DNA from: Basidiobolus meristosporus CBS 931.73 | Taxonomy: Eukaryota; Fungi; Basidiobolomycota | Assembly (NCBI GenBank): GCA_002104905.1 | Contig: MCFE01000453.1 | Span: 8,813 to 72,812 of the forward strand | Direction: 5' to 3' | Length of the DNA: 64,000 nucleotides | Part shown: positions 50,682-61,731 of the stretch, piece by piece | Position numbering within the stretch: position 1 is the first letter of the stretch | Layout: the number at the start of each line of letters is the position of its first letter | Translations under genes and position numbers: made by a program | The notes under the pieces: model-generated | Database searches by the model: none | Seen by the model: only the letters and a program-made list of their open reading frames with translations | Told to the model about the DNA's origin: nothing

Positions 50682-51821
50682 TCATCTTCTCCTGGGTTTT
50701 TTTCTCACAGGGATTACTACTGAAGCATTTGGTAGTGACTCACTTTGCACACCTATACTACTTCCTGGCTGACTATCATCTTGGCTACTTGTGTATTTGT
50801 AGTCAGTATTTTGCCTCCTAGTTGATGAGTGCAATGCTGCAGCTTGGCTGTACTGAATCACTCCGGCTGAACCAACTGAACCGGCCTGTAGTGCCACGTG
50901 CTGACGCGTTCTTTTACTTGCCAAGGGCTCTGGTGGTTGAGGCACTTCATGTTGGTCATCTTCAGTCAGTTCACCAGAAGTAACTTGCTGATGTTCAGGC
51001 AAAACGGCACGCGCAGGCGCGCCTTGACGTGTTGAGATGGCCCTTGGCTGAGTTTGATGTGAAGCTGCATGTTGACGCAACTCGGTCCGCTCCAATGGAC
51101 TCGTGTCTAAATGAGCAGTTTGGCAAGTTCTCATAGTTTTGCTCTGAAGCGCGCGCGTTGACTCAACGTGGGGCGTTCTGGTAAAGGGTGTTGGCATGGT
51201 CTGGACTGACGTGCGCCGGCACGCTGTGGTTGCAAGAGATGGTAGGGAATCCAGCGAGGCATGCTGGCGCAATCTGGATGATGTTGCTTGAGGTCTGTAT
51301 TCTTCCTCCTGAAGCTCACCATCTGATTCCTCAAGGTATTCACTTACCCTCTGTCGGAAACTTTGGAGCTGTTGCCTGAATGAGTCCTGTGTATATTGCT
51401 CTTGGAAGCCACTTAGCTCTACTAATATATCATGTAGTACATTAGTCATTTGAGACAAAAACTCACTCAAAATCTCTCTGGTTCCCAAAGTTGAGGCACA
51501 AACAGACATGTCCGGCCCGTACTGTGCAAATTGCGCGCAAAATTGTTCCTGCGTGGTTTCTTTGTCAAATCCCCTCACTCTCAGCTCATTCTTGATTTCA
51601 ATACTTGTCTTGTTATATATCTTTTTATATACATCAGCTGGCATCTTGATGTAGAACTCATGCCACAGCTTTTTACTCAAATCCTTCCATCTTTGTCGAC
51701 TCTCTGAGGTATCTAGTTCTGCTAGATTAATCAGTAGTGCCCAAATATCTGTACAAAGGCTCATCATAGACACTTGGGCCATACTAAAATCATTTGGCAA
51801 GAACTCAAACGGATCCAACAT
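50682..51821 (-). CDS. Transposon-encoded partner protein (379 aa): predicted helical N-terminal domain, low-complexity C-terminus, terminal NLS-like RKKPRRR
   Basis: Uninterrupted ORF between the TIRs, with decayed homologues in copies A and C. SRQRWKDLSKKLW loosely recalls Myb/SANT or trihelix motifs, but no family is confidently recognised. Confidence 0.8.
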   Translation of the reverse strand: MLDPFEFLPNDFSMAQVSMMSLCTDIWALLINLAELDTSESRQRWKDLSKKLWHEFYIKMPADVYKKIYNKTSIEIKNELRVRGFDKETTQEQFCAQFAQYGPDMSVCASTLGTREILSEFLSQMTNVLHDILVELSGFQEQYTQDSFRQQLQSFRQRVSEYLEESDGELQEEEYRPQATSSRLRQHASLDSLPSLATTACRRTSVQTMPTPFTRTPHVESTRALQSKTMRTCQTAHLDTSPLERTELRQHAASHQTQPRAISTRQGAPARAVLPEHQQVTSGELTEDDQHEVPQPPEPLASKRTRQHVALQAGSVGSAGVIQYSQAAALHSSTRRQNTDYKYTSSQDDSQPGSSIGVQSESLPNASVVIPVRKKPRRR

Positions 51822-52273
51822 TGACTTTTCCGGTCCAGACCACGCTTGTGAGCTGTGGGATGGGTTTTATCTGGGTTGTACTAAAGATGAGTTGAGGCTT
51901 GGTATGGGGACCATAGCAACAGATTTGGATACTTATACAGCAGTATATTGGCATCAACCTGGTCTTATATGAAATATATATGAAAACTAAAGTGATTGTT
52001 GCGTTTTCCATATATTATGCATGATGCATCTCAGATTGCGTTGACACAGATCAGATCACATCAATCACAGATTTCCTATTTGATTATAGACCTATGATTA
52101 AAGCATCAATAAAAGTACCAAGGCATTGTTTGCGGATGATTTTTGCAACATAATGATGGGATACATGGCAATTGATGGAGATTTAACCATAATGTGTTGA
52201 AAATCAGATAAATAACGCAGATTGCGCCGAATCAATTCAAACTGCCTCTATACAATCATCCATCAATTTTTAT

Positions 52274-53158
52274 ATGACTTACTCATCTGAATGGTCTTTT
52301 CTCATCAATCCCATCACTACCACTGGATTTCCTTTTGACACACTGGAGGAGATCTATTCCAAGTACTGTGGACCATCAACCCCAATCTACTCAAGGAGAT
52401 CCCTTGTTAAGCTTCTCTGCTATTACAAGAACTATTGCCCCACAAGGTTTCATCCCACCATCCATGGCAACAAAAGTCCTAGAAGCTTTCATTCCCAGCT
52501 GACAGCAATGGAGAACCACCTTGCAGAGGGTATGAATGACTTAGAGCAAGCTTGGAATACTAGGTTCAGAAGCTCCAATAGACTTCCATATCCCAGAGTG
52601 TTCAGCAACAGGTTCCATATCAGGAGTATTTTGGATACCTTCCCAGTGAGGATTAACAGACCTTCTAGAGGGCAGAGGCACTTTTATTCTGGCAAGTACA
52701 AGGCACACTGTGTGAAGTTTCAAGCACTGTCTGACATTGAGGGTAACATCATCTGGTTTAGTGGGCCATTTGCTGGAAGTAGGCATGACAAAGCACTCTT
52801 GGTAGAGAATCATCCTGAATTCAGTAGAGGGGAGAAATGTATGGCAGACTTAGCCTATATAGGAGAGGATTGTCAGAGATTAGGATGTATTACAGCTTAT
52901 AGGAAGCCAAGGAATGGTGTGCTTAGCAGGAAGCAGAAGCTCTACAATGAGATATTTAATCATTTCAGAGTAAGGGTAGAGCACACATTTGGATATCTGA
53001 AGAGATTCAGCATATTGGCAGGCAAATACAGAGGAAAGTCATATATAGGTGAAAACAGCAGAATAGGTAAAATAGTTAAGATACTTATTAATGCACAGTA
53101 TGTTCATACAAGAAGACATCCACTGAGAGAAATGTGTCTGGAGCATTATGAAGAGTAA
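52274..53158 (+). CDS. DDE transposase (DDE_Tnp_4 / IS5-like, PHIS superfamily)
   Basis: Catalytic-type motifs ILDTFP, FYSGKYKAHCVKFQ, GSRHD, MADLAY and RVRVEHTFGYLKRF; 294 aa, uninterrupted. Confidence 0.92.
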   Translation: MTYSSEWSFLINPITTTGFPFDTLEEIYSKYCGPSTPIYSRRSLVKLLCYYKNYCPTRFHPTIHGNKSPRSFHSQLTAMENHLAEGMNDLEQAWNTRFRSSNRLPYPRVFSNRFHIRSILDTFPVRINRPSRGQRHFYSGKYKAHCVKFQALSDIEGNIIWFSGPFAGSRHDKALLVENHPEFSRGEKCMADLAYIGEDCQRLGCITAYRKPRNGVLSRKQKLYNEIFNHFRVRVEHTFGYLKRFSILAGKYRGKSYIGENSRIGKIVKILINAQYVHTRRHPLREMCLEHYEE

Positions 53159-53253
53159 ATAAAGCAAGGAAAGCACTATTCTGAGCAACATAAGTAAGAT
53201 TGAGTAAAATTACCAGTAACTGTATCATACCACTGGCATCATGGTAGAAATTA

Positions 53254-53324
53254 TAGTGCCAGATAGTGCCATAGAGTGCCAGATTGATCTGGCACTATAA
53301 ACAGGCTGGCACTATGTGGCACTA
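53254..53324. repeat. Subterminal (T)AGTGCCA repeat array with central hairpin
   Basis: Three direct and three inverted copies around AGTGCCAGAT-TG-ATCTGGCACT; mirrored in copy A at about 48550-48620. Confidence 0.85.
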
Positions 53325-56300
53325 TCCAACAGAACAAGTCTTATAAGTATTCAAATCCATCACTTTGGCCCCTATACCCAGTCTCAACTCATCCCAAGTA
53401 CAACCCAGACAAAAGCCATCACCAGCTCACCAGTGTAGTCTGGACCAGAAAAGTCAATGTCAGATCCATTCATGTTCTTGCTAAATGATTTTAGTATGGC
53501 CCAGGTGTCTATGAAGAGCCTTTGTACAGATATTTTGGTACTACTCATTAATCTGGCAGAACTAGATACCTCAAATAGTCAACAGAGATGGAAGAACCTG
53601 AGTAGAAAGATGCAGCATGAGTTCTAAATCAAGATGCCAGCAGATGTATGTAAGTAGATATATTAAAAGACAAGTATGGAAATCAAGAACAAGCTGAAAG
53701 TGAGGGGATTTGATGAGGAAGCCACATGGGAACAATTTTACATGCAATATGCTCAGTACAGGCCTGACATGTTTGTTTGTGCCTCAACTTTGGGAACTAA
53801 AGAAATTTTGAATGAGTTTTTGCCTCAAATGACTAATGTACTATATGATATACTAGTAGAGCTAAGTGGCTTCCAAGAGCAATATACACAGGACTCATCC
53901 ATGCAACAGTTCCAAAGTATCAGAGAGAGGGTAAGTGAATACATGGAGGAACCAGAAGGTGAGCTCCAAGAGGAAGAATACAGACCGCAAGCAACAGCAT
54001 TGAGATTGCATCAGCATGCTGGCGCACATCAGTCCAAACTATACCAACACCCTTAGCAAGAAAGCACCACATCAAGTCAATGCATGTTAGGTCAACACAT
54101 GTGCTTCAGAGCAAAACCACCAGAACTTGCCAAACTGCTCATTTTGACACAAGTCCATTGGAGCAGGCTCAGTTGCATCAACAAGCAGCATCACATTGAG
54201 CTCAGCCAAGGGCCAAGCCAGCACATCAAGTTGTGCCTGCACATGCCATTACACCTGACAATCAGCAAGTTTCTTCTGGTGAACTAACTGATGATGACCC
54301 ACATGAAGTGCCTGCACCACCAGAGCCTTTGGGAAGTAAAAGATTGCATTAATGTGTAGCACTGCAGGCCAATTCAGTAGCATCATCCAGGCAATTAAGT
54401 GCGGCCAAGCTGCAGCATTGCACTCATCAACTAGGATGCAAAATACTGACTACAAATACACAAATAGCCAAGAGGATGGTCAACAAGGAAGCAGTTTGGG
54501 TGTGCAAAGTGAATCACTACAAAATCATCAGTAGTAATTCCTGTGAGAAAAAATCCAGGAGAAGATGATGCAATTCTATTGAATTGCTATCATTTGTCAT
54601 AATCCAAACAACACATTTTTATTGTAATCCAAATCAAGCCATTGCAAATCAGTGATCACTAAATCTTTGACATAAGCAATATCAAGGTTGTTGCACATTT
54701 GAAATATTACCCCTATAAGTAAATACCCTGCACATATTTACATCATCTGTAACACCAGTGCAGCCATTTGATCTGTGTTGCACCTATCCAATTGGTTGTG
54801 GACTAGCAATGACACCTTGTCCAACCACTAGGATCAGGGATTTACTTGCTCAATGGGCAAAATGGGACATCTGATGGCAAATCAGGTAGCTTGTGTATTG
54901 ATCAGAGAGCCAATTGGGGGCTGACAGCTTCAGGAAACTTTTGGACCAATTAATCACTGAGATGCCATTAAATTGAGGTTATGGTAACCAAAATGGTAAG
55001 TATAAGTGTAGTTTATAGTGTGATTTGCATTGATTTCCATTTACATCAAAGAAATATATCTAAATACCATATTTACCTACCATAATAGTGGTATCCAAAT
55101 GTGCATGTGATGCAAACATTACAGGTTGGTGCAATCATTTGTGCCAACCCCATTGAGTCAGATTGTGCCATAGTGTGCAAGATTGTCCCACATGGTGCAG
55201 AATTGCCCAAGAGCAATCCTACCTACTGGCAGCTATAATGTTGCGCCTGATTGTTCTTAGAGACCATGGATTGTGCTGTGTGCCCTGGCACAGTACAATG
55301 GAGCAGGTCTATTAACTCTGAAGCTTCCCAACACTCTACACACAAGAAAAAACTCTTGGCCCAATATTAAGAAAGTCCATTTAAGAAAATTTTCATAAGT
55401 AACAGTAACATGCTCAATGCAGTTCAACAAGGAACTACCAAGTAAACATCAAAAGCAGTGCAGGAAGGCTCATGCTTACATTTAAAGAGGTACTCATTGC
55501 ACCAGAAATATATAAGAGTCTTCTATCTATAAGCAAGGCTATGGCAGAGGAGCTAAGTTTCTGTTCTGGAAGTTCTGGAGGCATGATCACTAATCAAAGC
55601 AATTCCCATATTGCCTTGGGTAACAGCAATCAGTATCTACACAAGAAGCCAATATAAGTAACCTATATGAAGAGGCACCAATGCTTTGGCACAGGAGATT
55701 TAGACACATCAAATGTAATTATGTCTGCAAAATGATCAAAAATCATTTAGCTTCCTAAGTAAAAGCGGATCCCCCAGCAACTTTGAGCAACTGTGAAGCC
55801 TGCATCTATAGAAAACAAGTCATACAGCCATTACAGAAATCTGGAATAACTAAAGCTAAGAAAAAGCTATATCTAACTCACCTGGATATGCTTGGACCTA
55901 TGCAAAATTTATCCCTACTAAGGATGAAGTATCAGATCACATGTGAAGATGATTACACCAGATACACATGGGTATACTTCATGGAGAGAAAGATTGAAAG
56001 AAGCTGGGTCTAAGTCTAGGGGGTGCAAAATCATGGTGGAGAAAGAAACTGATGAAAAAGGAAGAAAGTATACTTAGACAATGGTGGATATGTACATCAA
56101 AGCTCTTCATTCACCTCTGCACATTTATTGGAAAAGCAAGAGATCACTGTACTATGCTCCTTGTGGCAACATGGAGTATCAAAGCATGCAAATAGACTCA
56201 TAATTGATACAGCATGATTTATGAACTATAATATAAAGTCAACCTATGAAATTAGGTACTATCAGTTGCTACAGCTGTATATATCCAAAATACAAGCCAT

Positions 56301-57153
56301 AGCAGAATATTTTGTAGTACTACTTTGTTTGAAGTATGGTATGGATGTAGACTAAGGGCAGAGGATCTTAGAATAATCAGGTGCACAGCATATGCCATGA
56401 AACTGTGCAGAATCTAGTGAGAACTTGCACCAAAAGGTATAAAATGCATACTCTTGGGTTACTATAATAAAAGTAAGCCAAACAGACTCTAAAATACCAA
56501 GGCAAAGCAGGCAATTGAGTCCAGGGATCTGTTGTGGGTTTTCAGGACATATTACAAGGCTAGTAGTAAAATTGATAGATACAAAGAAAAAATTGTGGCC
56601 AAAGGATACTCTCAAACACAAAGACATGTATGTACTGAGACCTTCTTGCAGTAGCCAAGTCTAGTTCCATCATATTAAAATTGGCTATTGCAGCTAAGTT
56701 TAGATGTAGAATCTTTAAATGGATGTAAAGGTGCATTTTTGAATGGGGGGCTTGATGAAAATGTGCAAATGAACCAGCCTGATGGGTTTGTAGACCAAGA
56801 AAACCTCCATGTGGATATACATGTACTATACATCATTGGGATTCTTACAATTGCAGGAGTTTATTTATGGGCACTTCCTCCATTATGTGATAGTCCAAAA
56901 TGGTGGTTGAGAGCTACAGTATATGTATTGTCAGCATTGTTTGAGCAGCAGAAACTAAATAAAATATTCCTCCAGCAGTATTTATATAATGCTCAAATTT
57001 TTTCAATTCAGGATAATATCTTATCCAAAAGCTTATTTCACAGTCAACTGAGGGCATATGTATCCAAACGGTAATATATTGGAATGTAGAACTGGACTCT
57101 CAATATCTGAAATCACACAATTTTCTTCAGCAGTGTTAGAGCACCAACTTACT

Positions 57154-59198
57154 AGACTTGTTCCATTGTACCGTGCCAGGGCACATGACTCAATCTGTGG
57201 ATGTCAGGAACAATTGGGTGCCATATTATAGCTACCAGAAGGCAGCATTGTTCTTGGACAATTTTGCACTATGTGGGACAATCTTGCACACTATGGCACA
57301 ATCTGACACATTGAGGCTGGCACAGATGATCACGCCAACTCATAATGTTTGCATCATGTGCACAATTGGATACCATTATTATGGCAGGTAAAATCCGGTA
57401 TTTGGATATGTTTCTTTAATGTAAATGGAAATAAATGTGTATCACAGTATAAACTACAATGATACTTACCATTTTGGTTACCATCACTCCAATAGGGCGG
57501 TATCTCAGTTGTTAATTGGTCTAAAAGTATCCTGAAGCTGGCAGGCCCCAATTGGCTCATTGACTACTAAACAAGCTACCTTATTGGCCATCAAATATCC
57601 CATTTTGCCCATTGAGCAAGTAAATCCCTGATCCTAGTGATAGGACAAGGTGTCATAGCTAGTACACAAGCAATTGGGTAGGTGCAAAACAGATCCAGTA
57701 GCTGCACTGGTATTACAGATGATGTATGTATATGCAGGGTTTTATTTATAGGGATTCTGTCTTAAATGTGAGATGACCTTGATATTACTTATATCAAAAA
57801 TCTGATGATCACTGATTTGCCATGGCTCATTTCAGATTGCAAAAAAAATGGGTTGTTGGGATCTTTACAAATAATAGCAATTCAAAGCAATTGCATCATC
57901 TTTTCCTGGGTTTTTTTCTCACAGGGATTACTACTGAAGCATTTGTTAGTGACTCACTTTGCACACCTATACTACTTCCTGGCTGACTATCATCTTGGCT
58001 ACTTGTGTATTTGTAGTCAGTATTTTGCCTCCTGGATGATGAGTGCAATGCTGCAGCTTGGCCACGCTGAATTGCTCTAACTGAACCTACTGAACTGGCC
58101 TGGAGTGCCACATGCTGACATGTTCTCTTACTTGCCAAGTGCTCTGGTGGTTGAGGCACTTCATGTTGGTCATCATCAGTCAGTTCACCAAAAGTAACTT
58201 GCTAATGATCAGGCAAAATGGCATGCGCAAGTGCGACTTGATGCAATGAGATGGCCCTTGGCTGAGTTTGATGTGATGCTGCATGTTGACGTGGCATGGT
58301 CCGCTCCAATGGATATGTGTCTAAATGAGCAGTTTGGCAAGTTCTGGTAGTTTTGCTCTGAAGCACGCACGTTGACCTGACACGCATTGACTTGATGCAG
58401 GTGTTCTGGTAAAGGGTGTTGGCACAGTCTGGACTGACATGCGCCAGTAGGCTGTGGTTGCAGGAGATGGTAAGGAATCCAGCAAGGTGTGCTGGTGCAA
58501 TCTGGACAATGTTGCTCATGGTCTGTATTCTTCCTCCTGAAGCTCACCATCTGATTCCTCAAGGTATTCACTTACCCTCTGTCTGATACTTTAGAGCTGT
58601 TGCCTGAATGAGTCCTGTGTATACTGCTCTTAGAAGCCACTTAGCTCTACTAATATATCACGGAGTACATTAGTCATTTGAGGCAAAAATTCATTCAAAA
58701 TATGTTTGGTTCCCAAAGTTGAGACACATATGGATGCGTCTGGCCTGTACTGTGCAAATTGCGCGCAAAATTGTTCCTGCGCAGCTTCTTCATCAAATCC
58801 CCTCACTCCCAGCTAATTCTTGATTTCAATACTTGTCTTGTTATATATCTTCTTACATACTTTGGCTGGCATCTTGATGTAGAACTCATGAAACAGCTTT
58901 CTACTCAAATTCTTCCATCTTTGTCAACTCTCTGAGGTATCTAGTTCTGCTAGATTAATCAGTAGTGCCCAAATATCTGTATGAAGGCTCATCATAGACA
59001 CTTGGGCCATACTAAAATCATTTGGCAAGAACTTGACAGATCCAACATCATTTTTTTTGGTCTGGACCACGCTTGGACCATCTACTCCAATCTACTCAAG
59101 GAGATACCTTGTTAAGCTTCTCTGCTATTACAACAACTATTGCCCTACAAGGCTTCATCCCACCATCCATGGCAACAAAAGTCCTAGAAGCTTTCATT
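57154..59198 (+). mobile_element. PHIS element copy C: left TIR, decayed partner ORF, internal deletion, truncated transposase start
   Basis: ACT-AGACTTGTTCCATTGTACCGTGCCAGGG. Colinear with B as far as GACCACGCTTG, then jumps to GGACCATC.ACTC in the transposase 5' region; homology ends at about 59198. Confidence 0.88.
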
Positions 59199-59402
59199 TG
59201 CATTCATAATTAGCTTCTGTAGCTACTAAATGAGTCTCTTGAAGGTAAGGCCTTCTTCTTCTCAGCATATCCTAATGAACATAGTTATTTGAGCAGTAGT
59301 GATCACCTTGACCTTTAGCAGAGCAATGATGCAGAAAGTCATTCTCCAGACTAGCCAAAAGGAATCCAAGGCATAGCAGACACCAAGAGCACAGCAAGCT
59401 TG

Positions 59403-59760
59403 GGGCTCATAACCTGTTGCAATATTCTGAGTAATATTGATATTGATGTGGAGAACTAGAGGATTTATGTGTCAATAACTTGTAGATTTATTATTCAAAC
59501 AGATGGTATATATACTTTTGATAAAGTAGAGCAAACAAACCTGAGTTTGTTAAGGAAGGTCCAAAAAATATGTGTGCAAACTTTGGGGGCTTTTGGACAA
59601 GTTGGAGAGTGATTGTAATATGAGTACTTAATAATTTGGTGAGAATATTCCAAGTAAATTTCAACAGGAAATTTGATCAGATGCAAATGCTAATCAAAGA
59701 ATAAGATCTATGTAACTAAGTTAGCATAAATGTCTAGGTGACAACTTAATAGTTATAATA
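59403..59760 (-). mobile_element. Copia 5' LTR plus half-tRNA-Met PBS, reverse orientation (outer limit approximate)
   Basis: The reverse strand reads ...TTGCAACA-GGTTATGAGCCC; the body is homologous to the 42008 LTR family. Confidence 0.75.
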
Positions 59761-60869
59761 GGCTAGGAGCTCAAAATAAGGAGGAAAAAAGCATAGGATT
59801 GCCAGCAGAGTGCCAGCAAGGGACAAACAGGCCAAAATAGACACGTCAGAGCAGCTTTTATCAAGGAGAAAATGTAGTTCAATACAAGAGGTACTCAGAC
59901 AAAGCAGCAGTGAGAGACCTGGAAGTGATAAAGCTAAAGGGAGAAAAGTCTACCCAAGCCAGAGGCAGGGAAGTGTTAGAGAAAAGCAACAGCTTGTGCC
60001 AATTGATGCAGTAAGCCTGTAACAGACTGAGTCCCATAATAGCCAAGAAGTATTACCAACAAGAAAATAGCTGTTTTCACAACAATTGAAAGTGTAGCCA
60101 GTTGAGCTGCACTCCAGTGAGGTAGATGAGTTTGCAGGTAGAGGCAATTTGTCTACCACAGCCTCCATGTCCTCCATTATTGACAGAGTTGAGAACCCAC
60201 CATCAGACAAAGTAACATCAATAACTGAAAAGATTATGTCAATGCCCTCAGTAGAATTTTGGAGCATTAATAGGCACACCAAGAGGTTGCAGCATTTCTT
60301 CAAAAGCAGTGCTCAACAAGATGCACCTGAATATTGCAAGGGTTTATTGCAAAGACTATCAGAAGTGGTGCCAGACCTTGCAATGCCTGCTGAAGACCAG
60401 GACTTATGGGAACCTGCAAATGAACAGTGGCATGAAGCTGTAGGACTCACACCAAAGTCATTGAACAGAGCATTACAGCAGGAATACATCTTGAGTGGTG
60501 GAACTTAATGGAGTTACTTGTTGATTGTGGATGGAGGTTAATGTTAATGCAGGGTATAGGGACTTGTATAGGTTGGTAAATTGGCAATTGAGGTGTAACT
60601 TAAGCTTCAACAGAGATAAATCAACTTGTAAGTATGAAAAGTACAAGAAACAGTTGAGTCAGCAAGTAAAGTCAATGTGTGTCTTATGCCAGGAGCACAG
60701 CCACTTCATCACTTGGGATCTCATTCCCCCATGTAAAATAAATAGCTGGTAGGCCCAGCCAAATCTACTGATACATCTACAGGAATAAATCTCCAAATAC
60801 TCTGGGTCTGGTTGTTCAGCAAAGCTTGAGCTTCTGTTACCCACCAAGGTCATCACTGGCAATAGCCAT

Positions 60870-61600
60870 GCACATCTTTGACCTAGCTATTAGCATGCAA
60901 ACAAGGTCAATACCAACCATTGCCAATGGCAGATTATAGAAGCAGGAAGCTGTGGTTTGACATAAAGCTTGGAAGCTCCCTTCTGATAGGCTACAGATGA
61001 TGTAACAAAGTGCTGAATCATATAGTACATGATATTGCAGCAGTACCTCTCAGTTATAGCACTATAGGTAATTAAGTCTTAATGTCATCATTAGTCATCT
61101 TGGTTGTCACTTTGCCTGATACTCTGCAGATCTTGTGGAGCAGTGGGATTTCTACTTGGGGTAGGCAGGGCTTTACTTGCTTGAGGAGATAGTCACCCTT
61201 GAAATAGCAGTGCTGTGCCTTCTTTCAGGGTTTTCTGAGCTCATGAAGCTCCATCCAATCGATTCCTTGAGTGTTGTTGGATATTCTCTGATTAGGATGC
61301 AGATTGCTCCGGCTGAGTTTTTCACGGCAGTCTGCTGGATCCAGGCATCATCCATATCATCATGATGGGCATCCAAGTCATCAAATAATTGTAATCCCTT
61401 TCTGGAGAATGCATCAGCTGCTGTATCTGCCTTGACACTAATATACCTGGCCTCAAAGTCAAGCTTCTTTGGCCATAACATCTATTGGTATGCAGAGTCA
61501 TCAGGCAGGTTGGGCTTGTTAAATATTACATTATATGGCTTAGCATCTGTCACCAGGATGAAATATGTCCTGAAGAGTGCTGGCCTCAGCTTCCACAACA
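60870..61600 (-). mobile_element. Degenerate DIRS/Ngaro-like (tyrosine-recombinase) retroelement relic
   Basis: FILVTDAKPYNVIFNK...FEARYISVKADTAADAFSR resembles the DIRS-type RNase H end (HIPG..N..ADxLSR). A downstream NHSF remnant may be the YR HSxR box. Heavily mutated. Confidence 0.4.
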
Positions 61601-61731
61601 GATATTATGATCTACCATTTTAATGTTTAAGTCAGATCAGTTTTAGTTAAATCAATTAGTTAAATATTTAACCTATCTGTATATCAGTGTTATCTATCAA
61701 ATCAGCAGCATTAGTTAACAGATGAATCAGT

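Larger units (their letters stand above)
49940..53341 (+). mobile_element. PHIS two-gene DNA transposon, copy B (intact, 3402 bp)
   Basis: TAT-[AGACTTGTTC...GAACAAGTCT]-TAT, with a perfect 10-bp TIR and two divergently transcribed uninterrupted ORFs. Removing it restores the spacer of copy A (CTGTATAAGT). Confidence 0.95.
48534..55310 (-). mobile_element. PHIS (PIF/Harbinger-like) two-gene DNA transposon, copy A (older, decayed; strand given for its transposase); hosts copy B
   Basis: ATT-[AGACTTGCTC...GAGCAGGTCT]-ATT. Broken DDE transposase at about 48780-49610 (-) and broken partner ORF at about 53460-54570 (+). Confidence 0.9.
48050..56850 (+). mobile_element. Highly decayed Ty1/copia sequence (RT fragment, gag end, protease, integrase, RT), interrupted by PHIS element A (limits approximate)
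   Basis: The gag end is homologous to 42900-43230. The protease motif is split by the insertion and reads WHI|NSEAS when rejoined. Integrase THLDMLGPM...EDDYTRYTWVYF; RT KGAFLNGGLDENVQMNQPDGF. Confidence 0.75.

Noticed and set aside
59810-60508. ORFs of 70-119 aa in CpG-poor DNA
   Set aside because: No recognisable motif; probably remnants of an unclassified transposon.
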